From: Synergistaceae bacterium
GTDB taxonomy: Bacteria; Synergistota; Synergistia; Synergistales; Aminithiophilaceae
Reading direction: 5' to 3'
Length of the DNA stretch: 64,000 bases
Assembly: GCA_016756725.1 (NCBI GenBank)
Contig: JAESII010000005.1
Location: 78,996-142,995 of the forward strand
Positions 26,622 to 37,423 of the stretch are shown here, one piece after another. Under the pieces are notes generated by a model. The model searched no databases, was not told the origin of the DNA, and saw nothing but the letters and a program-made list of their open reading frames with translations. Within the stretch, counting starts at the first letter, position 1, and each line of letters begins with the position of its first letter. The translations under genes were made by a program, and so were the position numbers.

Positions 26622-28298
26622 CTAGAAGAGGCCCGAGATCCGTCCCTTTTCGTCGACGTCGATGGAGAGAGCCGAGGGTTTCTTGGGCAGGCCCGGCATG
26701 GTCATGATACTGCCCGTGACGGCCACGAGGAAGCCTGCACCGGCCGAGACCCGCACCTCACGGACGGTGACGGTGAAGTTCCGGGGGCGCCCCTTCTTGG
26801 CCGGGTCGTCGGAGAGGGAGGCCTGGGTCTTGGCCATGCAGACCAGCAGGTGATCCAGGCCGAGGGTGCTCACCGTCTTCAGGTCCTTTTCGGCCTGGTC
26901 GGTGAAGGCGATGCCGTCGGCGCCGTAGATCCTGGTGGCGATGAGGGCCATTTTCTCCTTGGGCGGGAGGGACGCGTCGTAGAGGTAGTGGAAGTCGTTG
27001 GGCTGATCGCAGGCCGCGATGATCTTCTCGGCCAGATCGGCACCGCCCTCGCCGCCCTTGGCCCAGACTTCGGAGAGGGCCACGGGAGCTCCCAGGGCGC
27101 GGCATTTCTCCTCGACGAGCTTGAGCTCCTCGGCCGTGTCGGTGGGGAAGGCGTTGATGGCGACGACGACGGGCAGGCCGAAGCTCTTCACGTTCTCGAT
27201 GTGCTTTTCCAGGTTGGGGATGCCGGCGGCCAGGGCCTCCATGTTGATCTCGCCCAATTTGTCCTTCGTCACGCCGCCGTGCATCTTGAGGGCCCGCACG
27301 GTGGCGACGATGACGACGGCGTTGGGCTTGAGGCTGGCGAGGCGGCATTTGATGTCGAGGAACTTCTCGGCCCCCAGGTCGGCGGCGAATCCCGCCTCGG
27401 TGACGAAGTAGTCGGCCAGCTTGAGGCCGTACCTGGTGGCCATGACGCTGTTGCAGCCGTGGGCGATGTTGGCGAAGGGGCCGCCGTGGATGAAGGCCGG
27501 CACGCCCTCAAGGGTCTGGACGAGGTTGGGCTTGAGGGCGTCCTTGAGGAGCATGGCCATGGCTCCCTGAGCTCCCAGGTCGCCGGCGGTGACGGGCTTG
27601 TCGTCGTAGGTGTAGGCCACGATGATCCGGGCGAGGCGCTCCTTGAGGTCGCCGATGCCCGACGAGAGGCAGAGGATGGCCATGACTTCGGAGGCGACGG
27701 TGATGTCGAAGCCGTTCTCCCGGGGCACGCCGTTCGGTTTGCCGCCGAGGCCGATGACGATGTTGCGGAGGGCGCGGTCGTTCATGTCCATGACGCGGCG
27801 CAGGGCGATGCGGCGGGGGTCGATGTTGAGCTCGTTGCCCTGTTGGAGGGAGTTGTCGATCATGGCGGCCAGCAGGTTGTGGGCGGCCGTGATGGCGTGG
27901 ATGTCGCCGGTGAAGTGGATGTTGATGTCCTCCATGGGGACGACCTGGCTGTGGCCGCCGCCGGCAGCCCCGCCCTTGACGCCGAAGACAGGTCCGAGGG
28001 AGGGTTCACGGAGGGCCAGAGCCGTCTTCTTGCCCAGCTTGGCCAGTCCCTGGGCGAGGCCGACGGTGGTCGTCGTCTTGCCCTCGCCTGCGGGGGTGGG
28101 CGTGATGGCCGTGACGAGGATCAGCTTCCCGTCGGGATTGCCCTTGATCTTATCCCACAGGTCGAAGGAGACCTTGGCCTTGTACTTGCCGTAGTGTTCC
28201 AGGTCGTCCTCGGCGATGCCGAGCTTGGCGGCGATGGCTTCGATCGGTTCCATCCGGCACTGCTGGGCGATTTCGATGTCCGAGAGATGCTGGCTCAT
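26622..28298 (-). CDS. fhs: Formate--tetrahydrofolate ligase
   Basis: [58 protein letters not shown]; RBS AAGGAGG. Confidence 0.97.
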   Translation of the reverse strand: MSQHLSDIEIAQQCRMEPIEAIAAKLGIAEDDLEHYGKYKAKVSFDLWDKIKGNPDGKLILVTAITPTPAGEGKTTTTVGLAQGLAKLGKKTALALREPSLGPVFGVKGGAAGGGHSQVVPMEDINIHFTGDIHAITAAHNLLAAMIDNSLQQGNELNIDPRRIALRRVMDMNDRALRNIVIGLGGKPNGVPRENGFDITVASEVMAILCLSSGIGDLKERLARIIVAYTYDDKPVTAGDLGAQGAMAMLLKDALKPNLVQTLEGVPAFIHGGPFANIAHGCNSVMATRYGLKLADYFVTEAGFAADLGAEKFLDIKCRLASLKPNAVVIVATVRALKMHGGVTKDKLGEINMEALAAGIPNLEKHIENVKSFGLPVVVAINAFPTDTAEELKLVEEKCRALGAPVALSEVWAKGGEGGADLAEKIIAACDQPNDFHYLYDASLPPKEKMALIATRIYGADGIAFTDQAEKDLKTVSTLGLDHLLVCMAKTQASLSDDPAKKGRPRNFTVTVREVRVSAGAGFLVAVTGSIMTMPGLPKKPSALSIDVDEKGRISGLF

Positions 28299-28416
28299 GT
28301 TGGACCTCCTTGGGGGCCTAAAATGGTGGAACGCACCGAACATATTAGCATAAACTAGACTAAAAGTAAGTATTTTTACTGAGAGAGGAAGGGGTAGCCT
28401 CCCCTCTCCGGAGCGG

Positions 28417-30447
28417 CTATCTCTTTTCCCAGGCTCTGTCTACGGCCCCGGCGACGACGTCGTCGGCGGGAATGTAGGGGAGGGTGATGTGGTAGCTGCC
28501 GGGGTACTTGGCGTTCACCTCGGCGCTGACCTCGACGGCGTGCTCGCAGCGGCCCCAGGCCCGGCGGGCGACGCCGCCCAGGACGTCCCACATCATGGCC
28601 GACTTGAGGATTTCGTCGGTCTTCTCCGTCCCGTCGAGGAGCATGCCGAAGCCGCCGTTGATGACCTTGCCGATGCCGACGCCGCCTCCGTTGTGAAGGG
28701 CGCAGAGGGTCATGCCCCGGGCGGCGTTGCCGGCAAAGCACTGGGTGGCCATGTCGGCACAGATGTTGCTGCCGTCTTTGATGTTGGACGTCTCCCGGTA
28801 GGGCGAGTCCGTGCCGGAGACGTCATGATGGTCGCGGCCGAGCATGACGGGGCCGATCTCGCCCTTGCGGACCATGTCGTTGAACTTGAGGGCGATCTTG
28901 GTCCGCCCCTCGGCGTCCTGGTAGAGGATGCGGCACTGTGTGCCGACGACGAGGCTGTTCTTCTCGGCGTCGCGGATCCAGACCCAGTTGTCGAAGTCCT
29001 GGCTGCGGCGGTTGGGGTCGATGCACTCCATGGCGGCCCTGTCCGTCTTGCGCAGGTCCTCGGCGTCGCCGCTCAGGCAGCACCAGCGGAAAGGTCCGTA
29101 GCCGTAGTCGAAGAGGACGGGGCCCATGATGTCTTCGACGTAGGAGGGCCAGATGAACCCGTCGTGGGTGTTCTCGCCGTTCCGGCAGATCTCCGTGACG
29201 CCGGCGTCGAAGACGGCCCGCATGAAGGAGTTGCCGTAGTCGAAGAAGTAGGTGCCCCGGTCGACGAGGGTCTTGATCACCTCGTAGTGGAGGCGGAGCG
29301 TCTCGTCGACGCGGCGGCGGAACTCTTCGGGGTTGTCGCGGAGCATGGCCGTGCGCTCGTCGAAGGAGAGGCCCACGGGGCAGTAGCCTCCGTCGTAGGG
29401 GGCGTGGCAGGAGGTCTGGTCCGAGAGAAGGGGGATCTCGATGCCCTTGTCGACGGCGTACTGGAGGAGGTCGACGATGTTCCCGTGGTAGGCGATGGAG
29501 AGGGCCTGCTTCTTCTCCTGGGCCTCCCGGGCCATGGAAAAGGCCTCTTCGCAGCTCTCGGCCACGGCCGTGACCCAGCCCTGACTGCGGCGCGTCTCGA
29601 TGCGGGAGGCGTCCACCTCGGCGATGATGCCGACGCCTCCGGCGATCTCGATGGCCTTGGGCTGGGCGCCGCTCATGCCCCCCAGGCCGGAGGAGATGAA
29701 GAGGATTCCGGCGAGGTTCTCCTTGGGACCGACGCCGAGGCGCTGGCGCGCGGCGTTGAGGAGGGTGTTGAAGGTGCCGTGGACGATGCCCTGGGGGCCA
29801 ATGTACATCCAGCCGCCGGCCGTCATCTGGCCGTAGTTGGTCACGCCGAGCTGCATGGCCCGGTGCCATTCGGTCTGGTTGTCGAAGATGCCGACGAGAA
29901 GGCCGTTGGTGACGATTACCCGGGGGGCCTCGGGGCGGGACCGGAAGAGCCCCAGGGGATGGCCGCTCTCGATGACGAGGGTCGTGTCGTCGGTCAGCTC
30001 TTCGAGGTACTTCTTGATGAGGCGGTACTGGAGCCAGTTCTGGCAGACCTGGCCCGTCTCGCCGTAGGTGACGAGCTCATAGGGGTAGAGGGCGATCTCG
30101 AAGTCGAGGTTGTTGTCGATCATGACCTGGAAGGCCTTGCCGGCGAGGCACTTGCCCTTGTACTCGTCGATGGGCCGGCCCCAGATCCTTCCCTCGGGGC
30201 GGAAGCGGTAGGCGTAGATCCGGCCCGTCGTGCGAAGCTCCTCCATGAACTCGGGAGCCAGCGTCGCGTGGTGCTCCTCGGGGACATAGCGGAGGGCGTT
30301 CTTCAGGGCCAGCTCCGTCTCCTGGCGGTTGAGGTTCCACCCTCTGTCGGGAGCCCGGCGGATGGCGGGGACAAACGGGGGATGGTCCGGTAGAGCCCCA
30401 TCGAGCTTGATCGTCATGGCCGCACCGATCGTGGCGTTGCTTTCCAT
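28417..30447 (-). CDS. hutU: Urocanate hydratase (long form)
   Basis: [61 protein letters not shown]. Confidence 0.95.
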   Translation of the reverse strand: MESNATIGAAMTIKLDGALPDHPPFVPAIRRAPDRGWNLNRQETELALKNALRYVPEEHHATLAPEFMEELRTTGRIYAYRFRPEGRIWGRPIDEYKGKCLAGKAFQVMIDNNLDFEIALYPYELVTYGETGQVCQNWLQYRLIKKYLEELTDDTTLVIESGHPLGLFRSRPEAPRVIVTNGLLVGIFDNQTEWHRAMQLGVTNYGQMTAGGWMYIGPQGIVHGTFNTLLNAARQRLGVGPKENLAGILFISSGLGGMSGAQPKAIEIAGGVGIIAEVDASRIETRRSQGWVTAVAESCEEAFSMAREAQEKKQALSIAYHGNIVDLLQYAVDKGIEIPLLSDQTSCHAPYDGGYCPVGLSFDERTAMLRDNPEEFRRRVDETLRLHYEVIKTLVDRGTYFFDYGNSFMRAVFDAGVTEICRNGENTHDGFIWPSYVEDIMGPVLFDYGYGPFRWCCLSGDAEDLRKTDRAAMECIDPNRRSQDFDNWVWIRDAEKNSLVVGTQCRILYQDAEGRTKIALKFNDMVRKGEIGPVMLGRDHHDVSGTDSPYRETSNIKDGSNICADMATQCFAGNAARGMTLCALHNGGGVGIGKVINGGFGMLLDGTEKTDEILKSAMMWDVLGGVARRAWGRCEHAVEVSAEVNAKYPGSYHITLPYIPADDVVAGAVDRAWEKR

Positions 30448-30535
30448 CGATGATCCCTCCTGTTGTTGTTCCGTCCCGTCCCGAAGGGGGCGGGTGTTGT
30501 CTATGACCGATCCGGGACCGCCCCGGACGTGAGCG

Positions 30536-31273
30536 TTAGAGAAGCCTGCTGAGGCGGGCCGAGGCCTCTTGCAGGGAAGTGACGGTCTTTTCTTCGCGGC
30601 CGGTGAAGCTGGCAGCCAGTCCGGCCAGGCCGAGCTGGGCCACGAAGAGGCCCCGCCTGTCGAAGAGGGGGACGCTGATGTCGCCGGCGTTGGCGATCCA
30701 TTCCTCACGGCTGTAGGCGTAGCCGCGGCGGACGATCTCGTCGAGTTCAGCCCTGAGGGCCAGCCTGTCCGTGCCCTCGGGCAGGCTGCCTGCGAAGATC
30801 CTCTCCCTCAGGCCGGCCGGGGAGAAGGCCAGAAGGACCTTGCCCGTGGCGCCGGCGTGAACGGGAACGGGCATCCCCCGATGGGCGACGAATTTGACGG
30901 CCATGGGCGGGTCGACGGCGTGGATGCACCGTCCCTCCAGCCCCTCGAGGACGGAGAGGATGCAGGTCTTGTCCGTTTCGGCCACGAGCCGTTCCATCTC
31001 GGGCGAGGTGATGCGGATCAGCTCGTCGTAGAAGAGGTTGCGGTTATTGAGAAGAAAAAAGCCCACCGACGGGCGGAACTGTTCCGTTCCGGCCTCGCGG
31101 TGGACCCACTCCTCTTTCTCCAGGGAGGAGAGAAGGCGGTGGAGGGTGCTCCGGGGGATGGCGATGCGCGCTTCGATCTCGCGCAACGTCAGCGTTTCCC
31201 CCGAGGAGCAGAGGAGCTCCATGATCCGAGCGATCCGTCCGACGGCATCGAGCTTTTCCTTTCTCTCGGCCAT
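30536..31273 (-). CDS. IclR-family transcriptional regulator
   Basis: HTH 'IPRSTLHRLLSSL', 'HAGATGKVLLAF', 'EIVRRGYAYS.EE'; RBS GGAGGA. Confidence 0.9.
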   Translation of the reverse strand: MAERKEKLDAVGRIARIMELLCSSGETLTLREIEARIAIPRSTLHRLLSSLEKEEWVHREAGTEQFRPSVGFFLLNNRNLFYDELIRITSPEMERLVAETDKTCILSVLEGLEGRCIHAVDPPMAVKFVAHRGMPVPVHAGATGKVLLAFSPAGLRERIFAGSLPEGTDRLALRAELDEIVRRGYAYSREEWIANAGDISVPLFDRRGLFVAQLGLAGLAASFTGREEKTVTSLQEASARLSRLL

Positions 31274-31289
31274 GTCTTCCTCCAAAAAT

Positions 31290-31304
31290 GGGACAAAATG
31301 TCCC
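31290..31304. promoter_or_regulatory. Palindromic operator candidate (IclR autoregulation)
   Basis: gggaca-aaa-tgtccc located between the promoter and RBS of the IclR gene. Confidence 0.5.
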
Positions 31305-31324
31305 GAATTTTTGCGTCCCATCCA

Positions 31325-31353
31325 ACGATAGCCAAAAGAGGCCTTTTTGTCAA
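31325..31353 (-). promoter_or_regulatory. Sigma70 promoter of the iclR-hutU operon
   Basis: TTGACA-17 bp-TATCGT on the minus strand. Confidence 0.65.
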
Positions 31354-31366
31354 CGTCGGCCAAGGG

Positions 31367-31394
31367 TAAACGATGGGAAGGAAATAACCGATAC
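31367..31394 (+). promoter_or_regulatory. Sigma28 (FliA/SigD) promoter of the flagellin gene
   Basis: TAAA-16 bp-ACCGATAC versus consensus TAAA-N15/16-GCCGATAA. Confidence 0.7.
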
Positions 31395-31504
31395 AGAAAG
31401 GACGAAACGGGGTGTCGTGCCGGCCCGAGGCACGGCTGCCTTCGGGCAGGGCGGGCCCGCCCTGCCCCTGTTTTCCCAGAACGCTGCTCCCCAGGAGGAT
31501 GACG

Positions 31505-34500
31505 ATGAGAATCCATCACAACCTCTCGGCCCTCATCGCGGGCATGGGATTGAAGAAAACGCAGAAGGCGGCGGAAAAGAGCCTGGAACGCCTTTCCTCG
31601 GGGCTGCGGATCAACTCCGCTGCCGACGATGCGTCGGGTCTGGCCGTTTCGGAGAAGATGCGCTCCCAGATCCGCGGTCTCGACCAGGCCGTGCGCAACG
31701 CCCAGGACGGCATCTCCCTCCTCCAGACGGCCGAGGGGGGGCTGAACGGGATCCATTCCATCCTGCAGCGCATGCGGGAGCTTTCCGTCCAGGCTGCCAA
31801 CGACACCCTCACGGCCGGGGATAGGGGGCAGATCCAGCTCGAGATCGACGAACTGACCAGGCAGATCGACGCCATCGCCAGCCAGACCCAGTTCAACAGA
31901 AAGAAGCTTCTCAACGGCGATGTGGCCGTCCTCTGGAGCACGTCAACGCGCGACATCGATGTCGTCGTCTCCGGCACGCTTCAGACGAAGGACCTTCTGG
32001 GCAATGTCAGGTCGGCGGCGGGAAACTACAAGCTGACCTTCAACGCCGTCAGCGAGGGGCGGGAGAACATCCAGAAGAGCAACATCTTCTACCTCAAGCA
32101 CGGAACCCGTCAGAGCCAGGTCGCCATCGACGAGAGATCGGGCCTGACGGCGGTGACGGCCCTCAACATGGTCGAGGGCGTCTGGAGCCTGGAGACGCGG
32201 GAGACGCCCTTCGGCGGGATCCGCTACTACGTCGGCAACGCCGATTCCGATCCGGCCGGTGTCGGGGCCTCCCTGTCCGTCTCGCCCACGCCCAACATCG
32301 TCTCGCCCGGTACCTACGATCTGCGCTTTTCCGACGTCGTCCCCATGATGGCCGATTTCGACGCCGCCCTGGCCGCCGGCGTCGTCGAGGGCGTCAACAT
32401 GAGCAGCCGCGGGGCGAGCTCCGACTTCGACGCCCGGTTTGACATCGGCGCCGATCTGGCCGGAGCGCCGTCGGCGTCGCTCGTCTACCGCAACGACGTC
32501 AGCGGCGGCGGCTCCGTGAGCGCCACCGGTGCCGCCGCCGACGTCTCCCTCGCCACGAACGGAGCCAACGGCGTCAATCTCTTCACCCACTATGCCGTCA
32601 CGGGGACGGACCGGCGCGACCTCATGGCAGGCGACGTGACCCTCACCGAGAGCTACGTGACCCACCACAGCGCCGTCATGACCGTCAACCTCGACTACCG
32701 GGCCGCCGACGACACGACGGCGGTCATCAGCTACCGCACGTCGTCGGCGGGAAATACCGTCACGGCCGTGAGCAACTACCAGGCGGCGGCCGGAGCCACC
32801 CTCGACATCGGCGGCACGGTCATCGCCATCGGCGGGATGAACATGGACGAAATCGCGGCGGCCGTCAACGGCGAGAGCCCAACGACGGGCGTGACCGCCT
32901 CCCTGGTCGTCATCGGGGGGCAGGGCCGGCTCCAATTGTTCAACGGCAGCGGGTCGGACGTGACGGTGACGGAAAACGGCGTCGGTCCCGTCGGTCTGGG
33001 CCTGGCCGGGACGGCCGGGGCAGGGGACTCCCTGATCGGCGCTAACCGGGACTACAACAGGTCCACCACCGTTGCCGTCAACGGCCAGGATCTGGCCGGC
33101 CTGGCCTCTGTCCTCGACGGCATGACGGGGATCTCGGCGTCCCTCGTCGGCGGCGGTCCGACTCAGATCAGCCTGACCGGTGAGGCCAACTACCACGTCG
33201 TTCTGTCGGCGGCGGGGAACGTGAACGGCGAGCTCGCTTTGAACCATACCTTCAACGGCGGCGGAAGCCATCTTTCCGCCCAGGTCTGGCACAACCACAG
33301 CCTCACGGCGGCAACGGCGGGACAGGACCTGGCCACGATGGCTTCGACGCTGCAAAACTCCCTGGGAGCGGCCTTCGGCATGGCCGGCGGTGGCTCCTTT
33401 TCCGTCTCGACGACGACGGCCGGGGGTCTTCACGGGCTGAGCCTCGCCAACAGCAGCTTCTACCAGGTCAGCCTGACGGGGACGGCCATGAACGAGCTGA
33501 GAACGGGCAGCTACGTCTCGGGAACGTCCACCCTGGCCCGAGGGGCTTCGCTTGCGACGGGAAACAGGGTCTACGTGAACCATGACGTCACCGTCGCGAC
33601 GGCCGACGCCGACGCCCTTGCCGTCGCGTCGGCTCTGAACACGGCCGTCAACGGCGCCCTGGCCGGTGACGCTCTGGTGAACAACAACGGGCTCAATCCC
33701 TTCTCGATCGTTTCCGCCGGCGACACGAGGCAGCTCCGTCTGTCCAGTGCCGCCGCATCGGGCTACCGCATGGCCGTCACGGCGGGGACGGACGGGTCGC
33801 TGGCCGAGGTCTGGGGCGGCGCGACGGGAGCCGATCGGGGAGGGGCCTCCGTCGACGGCCAGGTTCTGGACCACAACAGGCAGACCACCTTCAACGTGGC
33901 GGGCCTGAACATGGAAGAGGCCTTCGCCGCCCTTGACGGCGACGGCCGGATGGCTCTGACCTGGACGGCCGAACCGGACCACGGTGCCGGAACACATCAG
34001 GGTCGCCTCCTCATCGAGAATGTCTCCTCCGGAGCCGGCCGGCGCCGCCTGTCCCTGACCCAGGCCGGAACGGACCAGGGCAATGGGACGGACGCCCTGA
34101 GAAAGCTCTTCGAGGCGACAGGCGCTTTCTATTCCGCCGAGAACTCCGGCGTCCATACCGTATCCTCCCAGACCCTCCAGGCCCACGACAGCCTGACGGT
34201 CCAGATGACCTGGGACGGCAACAGGGCCTCCGACGGGAGCCGCTACAACGGGACGGCCTCGGCCCAGCTCTGGGAGGGAGGCGCCGCAGGAGGAGGGACG
34301 TCGGACCAGAACGCCTCCGCCCTCAGCGCCGCTCTGGGGCTGGCCGGATTTTTCACCAGCTTCGTCGTCGCCGACGGCGACCCTCACGGCTCCGACTTGG
34401 CGGCGAACGACTCCTGGATGACCTTCACCAGCGCCAACGTGGCCGGCACGAGGGACACCCTGGGCCTGACTCTCTATGACGGCCTCTACGCCGATGGGGG

Positions 34501-37339
34501 GAACAACAACGGCGTCACGACGGGCATCACCTACGCCTTCAACGACGGCGTCCTCGACGGACGTTCGCTGGCGATCAACCAGCTCGTGCGCACCGGAGCC
34601 GGCATCGGCGGGTCGGCGAGCCTGGCCCACAACGTCGATTTCGGCTCCGTCGGCTCCAGCACGTCCTTCACCTACGGAGAGCGGCGGGACGCCGGAGCCT
34701 ACTGGGACAATACGGCCTCCGTCCCCTCCTGGTACAGCCACGCCTACTACGGCGGAGACAGCACCTACTATTTCGGGAGCGGCGCCGCCGCCGACGACGT
34801 GGTCCGCCAGGCCGAAGTCTACCGGCAGAACGACATCAACGCCTCGCTCATGTTCGAATATGACAACGGCATCCTCTCCGTCCGGGCCAAGGGCTTCGGC
34901 CGCGACGGCGTCGAGCTGGCGGCCAGCCACGACGAGACGCCCTACGAACTGACGGCGGCCCAGTTCGCACAGCTCGCCGCCGGAGCGGATGTGACCCTCC
35001 ACGGCATCCGTTTCACCAACCTCCAGATCGATACGGGCCGCCTCTCGGCGGGCGACAAGTTCGTCGTCAACGTGGCGGCGGCGGCCAAGCTCGACGGCCT
35101 CAACGGAACGCCTGCAGTCGCCGGCGCCTTCCAGTCGACGGCCAATATCGCCGTCGACGGCGACCCCTTCCGCCAGAGGCGCGACGGCGAGTGGGGCGCC
35201 CTGGGCCAGTACCGTCTGGCCGAGGGCGCCGAGAACGGCCGGACCCTCAATCTCCTCGGCTACTACATCGATCCCCTCAACGGCAGCAGCGATATTCCCG
35301 GCCTGGGCTACTACAACGGAACGCTCATCGTCCAGGTCGGGGGAGGGGGCTTTGCCGCCGGGAGCACCGTGGGAGAGCCCGACGGCACCGGGGCCTCTTC
35401 CCACAGGATCCGGGCCGAGATCAACTACCAGGGCGACACGCGCCCCTCGGCGGGGGCCCTCGTCACGAGCGCCTTCTTCGACAGGATGGAAAAGGGCGAG
35501 AGCAGCGACCTGAAGGATTTCATCGGCGGCATCGGCCATGCCAACTACCGCTACGGCATGCGGGGCGACGGGACCTACGGTCCCCTGAACGAGGCCGGAA
35601 GCGAGACCTACAGCAAGCTCAACGCGTCGCTCATCTTCGACGTCATCGAAGTCATGGCCGATTCCCTCCGCTTCCGGGTCCAGGGACATGTCATCGACCG
35701 CGACGGGAACCAGTGGTACGTGGAGGACGAGGAATTCGGTCTCAACACGACGGCCAACACGTCGAAAAACTCCTCCGTCCAGCCTCCCGTCATCCCCGCC
35801 GAGGTGACGGACCCCGTCGTGCTCTTCCGCGATGCCGCCTTCGGCGGGCTCTTTTTCGACGAGTTCACCCTGGGAGCCACGGAAAACTGGGCCGTCGGCG
35901 ACCGGTTCACCCTCTCCATGACGGCCAGCGGCTTCATCGACGGCCTGAGCGAGAGCGAGCAGCAGACCAACCCCGCCGCCGCTCCCGATACGGACGAGAT
36001 CAACCTCTTCTCCGACAACCGGGGGACCAACATGCCCCACACCTTCCGCTTCAACGAGGGCGTTTTGGACCATTCCCGCGTCGATCTGGGCCTCTACCAG
36101 CTGGCCAGCAACCTGGCCAAGCCCAACAGTGACCATTTCCACCGCGATCAGGTCATGGACGGCAGGCTCTCCCTCTCCTTCGGCGACTACCACCCCGATC
36201 TGGACGATACCGTCGATGAATCGCTCACCTTCGAGGTGGTCTACGAGCGGGGCATGGACGCCGGCGTGGCCCACTACTACAGCCGTCTCGAGGATATCGC
36301 CCAGTTCCACGACGGGAACGGACGGTTCCTTCTCGACGACTTCGCGGAGCAGCTGACGATCCGCTCCGGCGATCGGGAGACGGCCGTCGGCCTGGGGAGC
36401 CGCGACGAGATCGGCAGGCTGGCCGAGGCCATTTCGGAGAGGATCTGGCTCGATCTGCTTCTCCAGAGCGACGGCAGGCTCCGCGGCGAGGGCGACACCG
36501 TACCCTACGGATACAGGCCGGGCCTGCTCGACAGGAAAGACCGCAACCGCATCCTTCAGTTCGTCAACAGCGTGCCGGGGCCGAGCGGGAACGAATCGGT
36601 CGTGGGGACCTTCCTGGCCCACTCGGTCCTGCCCGGAGCCGATAGCCAGCTCAAGTTCTTCGGCAGCGAGGAGCTCCTGAAGGCCCTGGGGTTCGCCACC
36701 ATCCAGGAGGCCTCCAACGCCCGGTTCCGTGTCAGCGTCAGCGACGCTCACAGCGGCAGGACCGTGTCGGGCGGCACGGCCGTCGAGGCGGGAAGCCGCG
36801 CCCACGGCCTCATCGCCGACGGGATCGCCCTCGATATCGCCGGCGACATCGGACTCGACAGCGTCCGCTACAACGCCCTGAGCGGCACCTTCAGGGCCGG
36901 CACGGAGGCGACCTTCCATCGCCACGTCCACCTCGTCGACACGGCGGCCAAACTCCAGATCGGCGCCAACGAGAAGGAGGAGGCGACGCTGACCCTGGGC
37001 GACATGAGGGCCAAAGCCCTCGACGTCGACAATCTCGACGTGCGGAAAAGAGAGAGCGCGGCCCGGAGCATCACCCGCCTCGACAGCGCCATCGGCCGCG
37101 TCTCGACGCAAAGGGCCCTGATCGGAGCTCAGATCAACCGCCTCGATCACACCATCGCCAACCTTTCGACGACGTCGGTGAACCTCACGGCGTCGCGGTC
37201 GCGGATCGTCGACGCCGACATGGCCCGGGAGATGATGAACTTCACGAAGGTCAACATCCTCCTCCAGGCGGGCGCCTCCGTCGCCGCCCAGGCCAACCAG
37301 CTGCCTCAGGCGATCCTTCAGCTCCTGAACCGTTCCTGA
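31505..37339 (+). CDS. fliC: Giant flagellin (1944 aa)
   Basis: N-terminal MRIHHN..LERLSSGLRINSAADDASGLA..LQRMRELSVQAAN; C-terminal LQIGAN..RALIGAQINRL..SRIVDADMAREMM..QANQLPQ..LQLL. Confidence 0.95.
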   Translation: MRIHHNLSALIAGMGLKKTQKAAEKSLERLSSGLRINSAADDASGLAVSEKMRSQIRGLDQAVRNAQDGISLLQTAEGGLNGIHSILQRMRELSVQAANDTLTAGDRGQIQLEIDELTRQIDAIASQTQFNRKKLLNGDVAVLWSTSTRDIDVVVSGTLQTKDLLGNVRSAAGNYKLTFNAVSEGRENIQKSNIFYLKHGTRQSQVAIDERSGLTAVTALNMVEGVWSLETRETPFGGIRYYVGNADSDPAGVGASLSVSPTPNIVSPGTYDLRFSDVVPMMADFDAALAAGVVEGVNMSSRGASSDFDARFDIGADLAGAPSASLVYRNDVSGGGSVSATGAAADVSLATNGANGVNLFTHYAVTGTDRRDLMAGDVTLTESYVTHHSAVMTVNLDYRAADDTTAVISYRTSSAGNTVTAVSNYQAAAGATLDIGGTVIAIGGMNMDEIAAAVNGESPTTGVTASLVVIGGQGRLQLFNGSGSDVTVTENGVGPVGLGLAGTAGAGDSLIGANRDYNRSTTVAVNGQDLAGLASVLDGMTGISASLVGGGPTQISLTGEANYHVVLSAAGNVNGELALNHTFNGGGSHLSAQVWHNHSLTAATAGQDLATMASTLQNSLGAAFGMAGGGSFSVSTTTAGGLHGLSLANSSFYQVSLTGTAMNELRTGSYVSGTSTLARGASLATGNRVYVNHDVTVATADADALAVASALNTAVNGALAGDALVNNNGLNPFSIVSAGDTRQLRLSSAAASGYRMAVTAGTDGSLAEVWGGATGADRGGASVDGQVLDHNRQTTFNVAGLNMEEAFAALDGDGRMALTWTAEPDHGAGTHQGRLLIENVSSGAGRRRLSLTQAGTDQGNGTDALRKLFEATGAFYSAENSGVHTVSSQTLQAHDSLTVQMTWDGNRASDGSRYNGTASAQLWEGGAAGGGTSDQNASALSAALGLAGFFTSFVVADGDPHGSDLAANDSWMTFTSANVAGTRDTLGLTLYDGLYADGGNNNGVTTGITYAFNDGVLDGRSLAINQLVRTGAGIGGSASLAHNVDFGSVGSSTSFTYGERRDAGAYWDNTASVPSWYSHAYYGGDSTYYFGSGAAADDVVRQAEVYRQNDINASLMFEYDNGILSVRAKGFGRDGVELAASHDETPYELTAAQFAQLAAGADVTLHGIRFTNLQIDTGRLSAGDKFVVNVAAAAKLDGLNGTPAVAGAFQSTANIAVDGDPFRQRRDGEWGALGQYRLAEGAENGRTLNLLGYYIDPLNGSSDIPGLGYYNGTLIVQVGGGGFAAGSTVGEPDGTGASSHRIRAEINYQGDTRPSAGALVTSAFFDRMEKGESSDLKDFIGGIGHANYRYGMRGDGTYGPLNEAGSETYSKLNASLIFDVIEVMADSLRFRVQGHVIDRDGNQWYVEDEEFGLNTTANTSKNSSVQPPVIPAEVTDPVVLFRDAAFGGLFFDEFTLGATENWAVGDRFTLSMTASGFIDGLSESEQQTNPAAAPDTDEINLFSDNRGTNMPHTFRFNEGVLDHSRVDLGLYQLASNLAKPNSDHFHRDQVMDGRLSLSFGDYHPDLDDTVDESLTFEVVYERGMDAGVAHYYSRLEDIAQFHDGNGRFLLDDFAEQLTIRSGDRETAVGLGSRDEIGRLAEAISERIWLDLLLQSDGRLRGEGDTVPYGYRPGLLDRKDRNRILQFVNSVPGPSGNESVVGTFLAHSVLPGADSQLKFFGSEELLKALGFATIQEASNARFRVSVSDAHSGRTVSGGTAVEAGSRAHGLIADGIALDIAGDIGLDSVRYNALSGTFRAGTEATFHRHVHLVDTAAKLQIGANEKEEATLTLGDMRAKALDVDNLDVRKRESAARSITRLDSAIGRVSTQRALIGAQINRLDHTIANLSTTSVNLTASRSRIVDADMAREMMNFTKVNILLQAGASVAAQANQLPQAILQLLNRS

Positions 37340-37365
37340 GGCAGAGGCCCGTGGAGGGATTTCAA

Positions 37366-37397
37366 AAGAGGGAAGGGCCCTGAGGCCCTTCCCTCTT
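37366..37397 (+). terminator. Terminator after flagellin
   Basis: IR aagagggaagggcc-ctga-ggcccttccctctt. Confidence 0.8.
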
Positions 37398-37423
37398 GCC
37401 CTATAATGGCCTCGGAGGACGCC

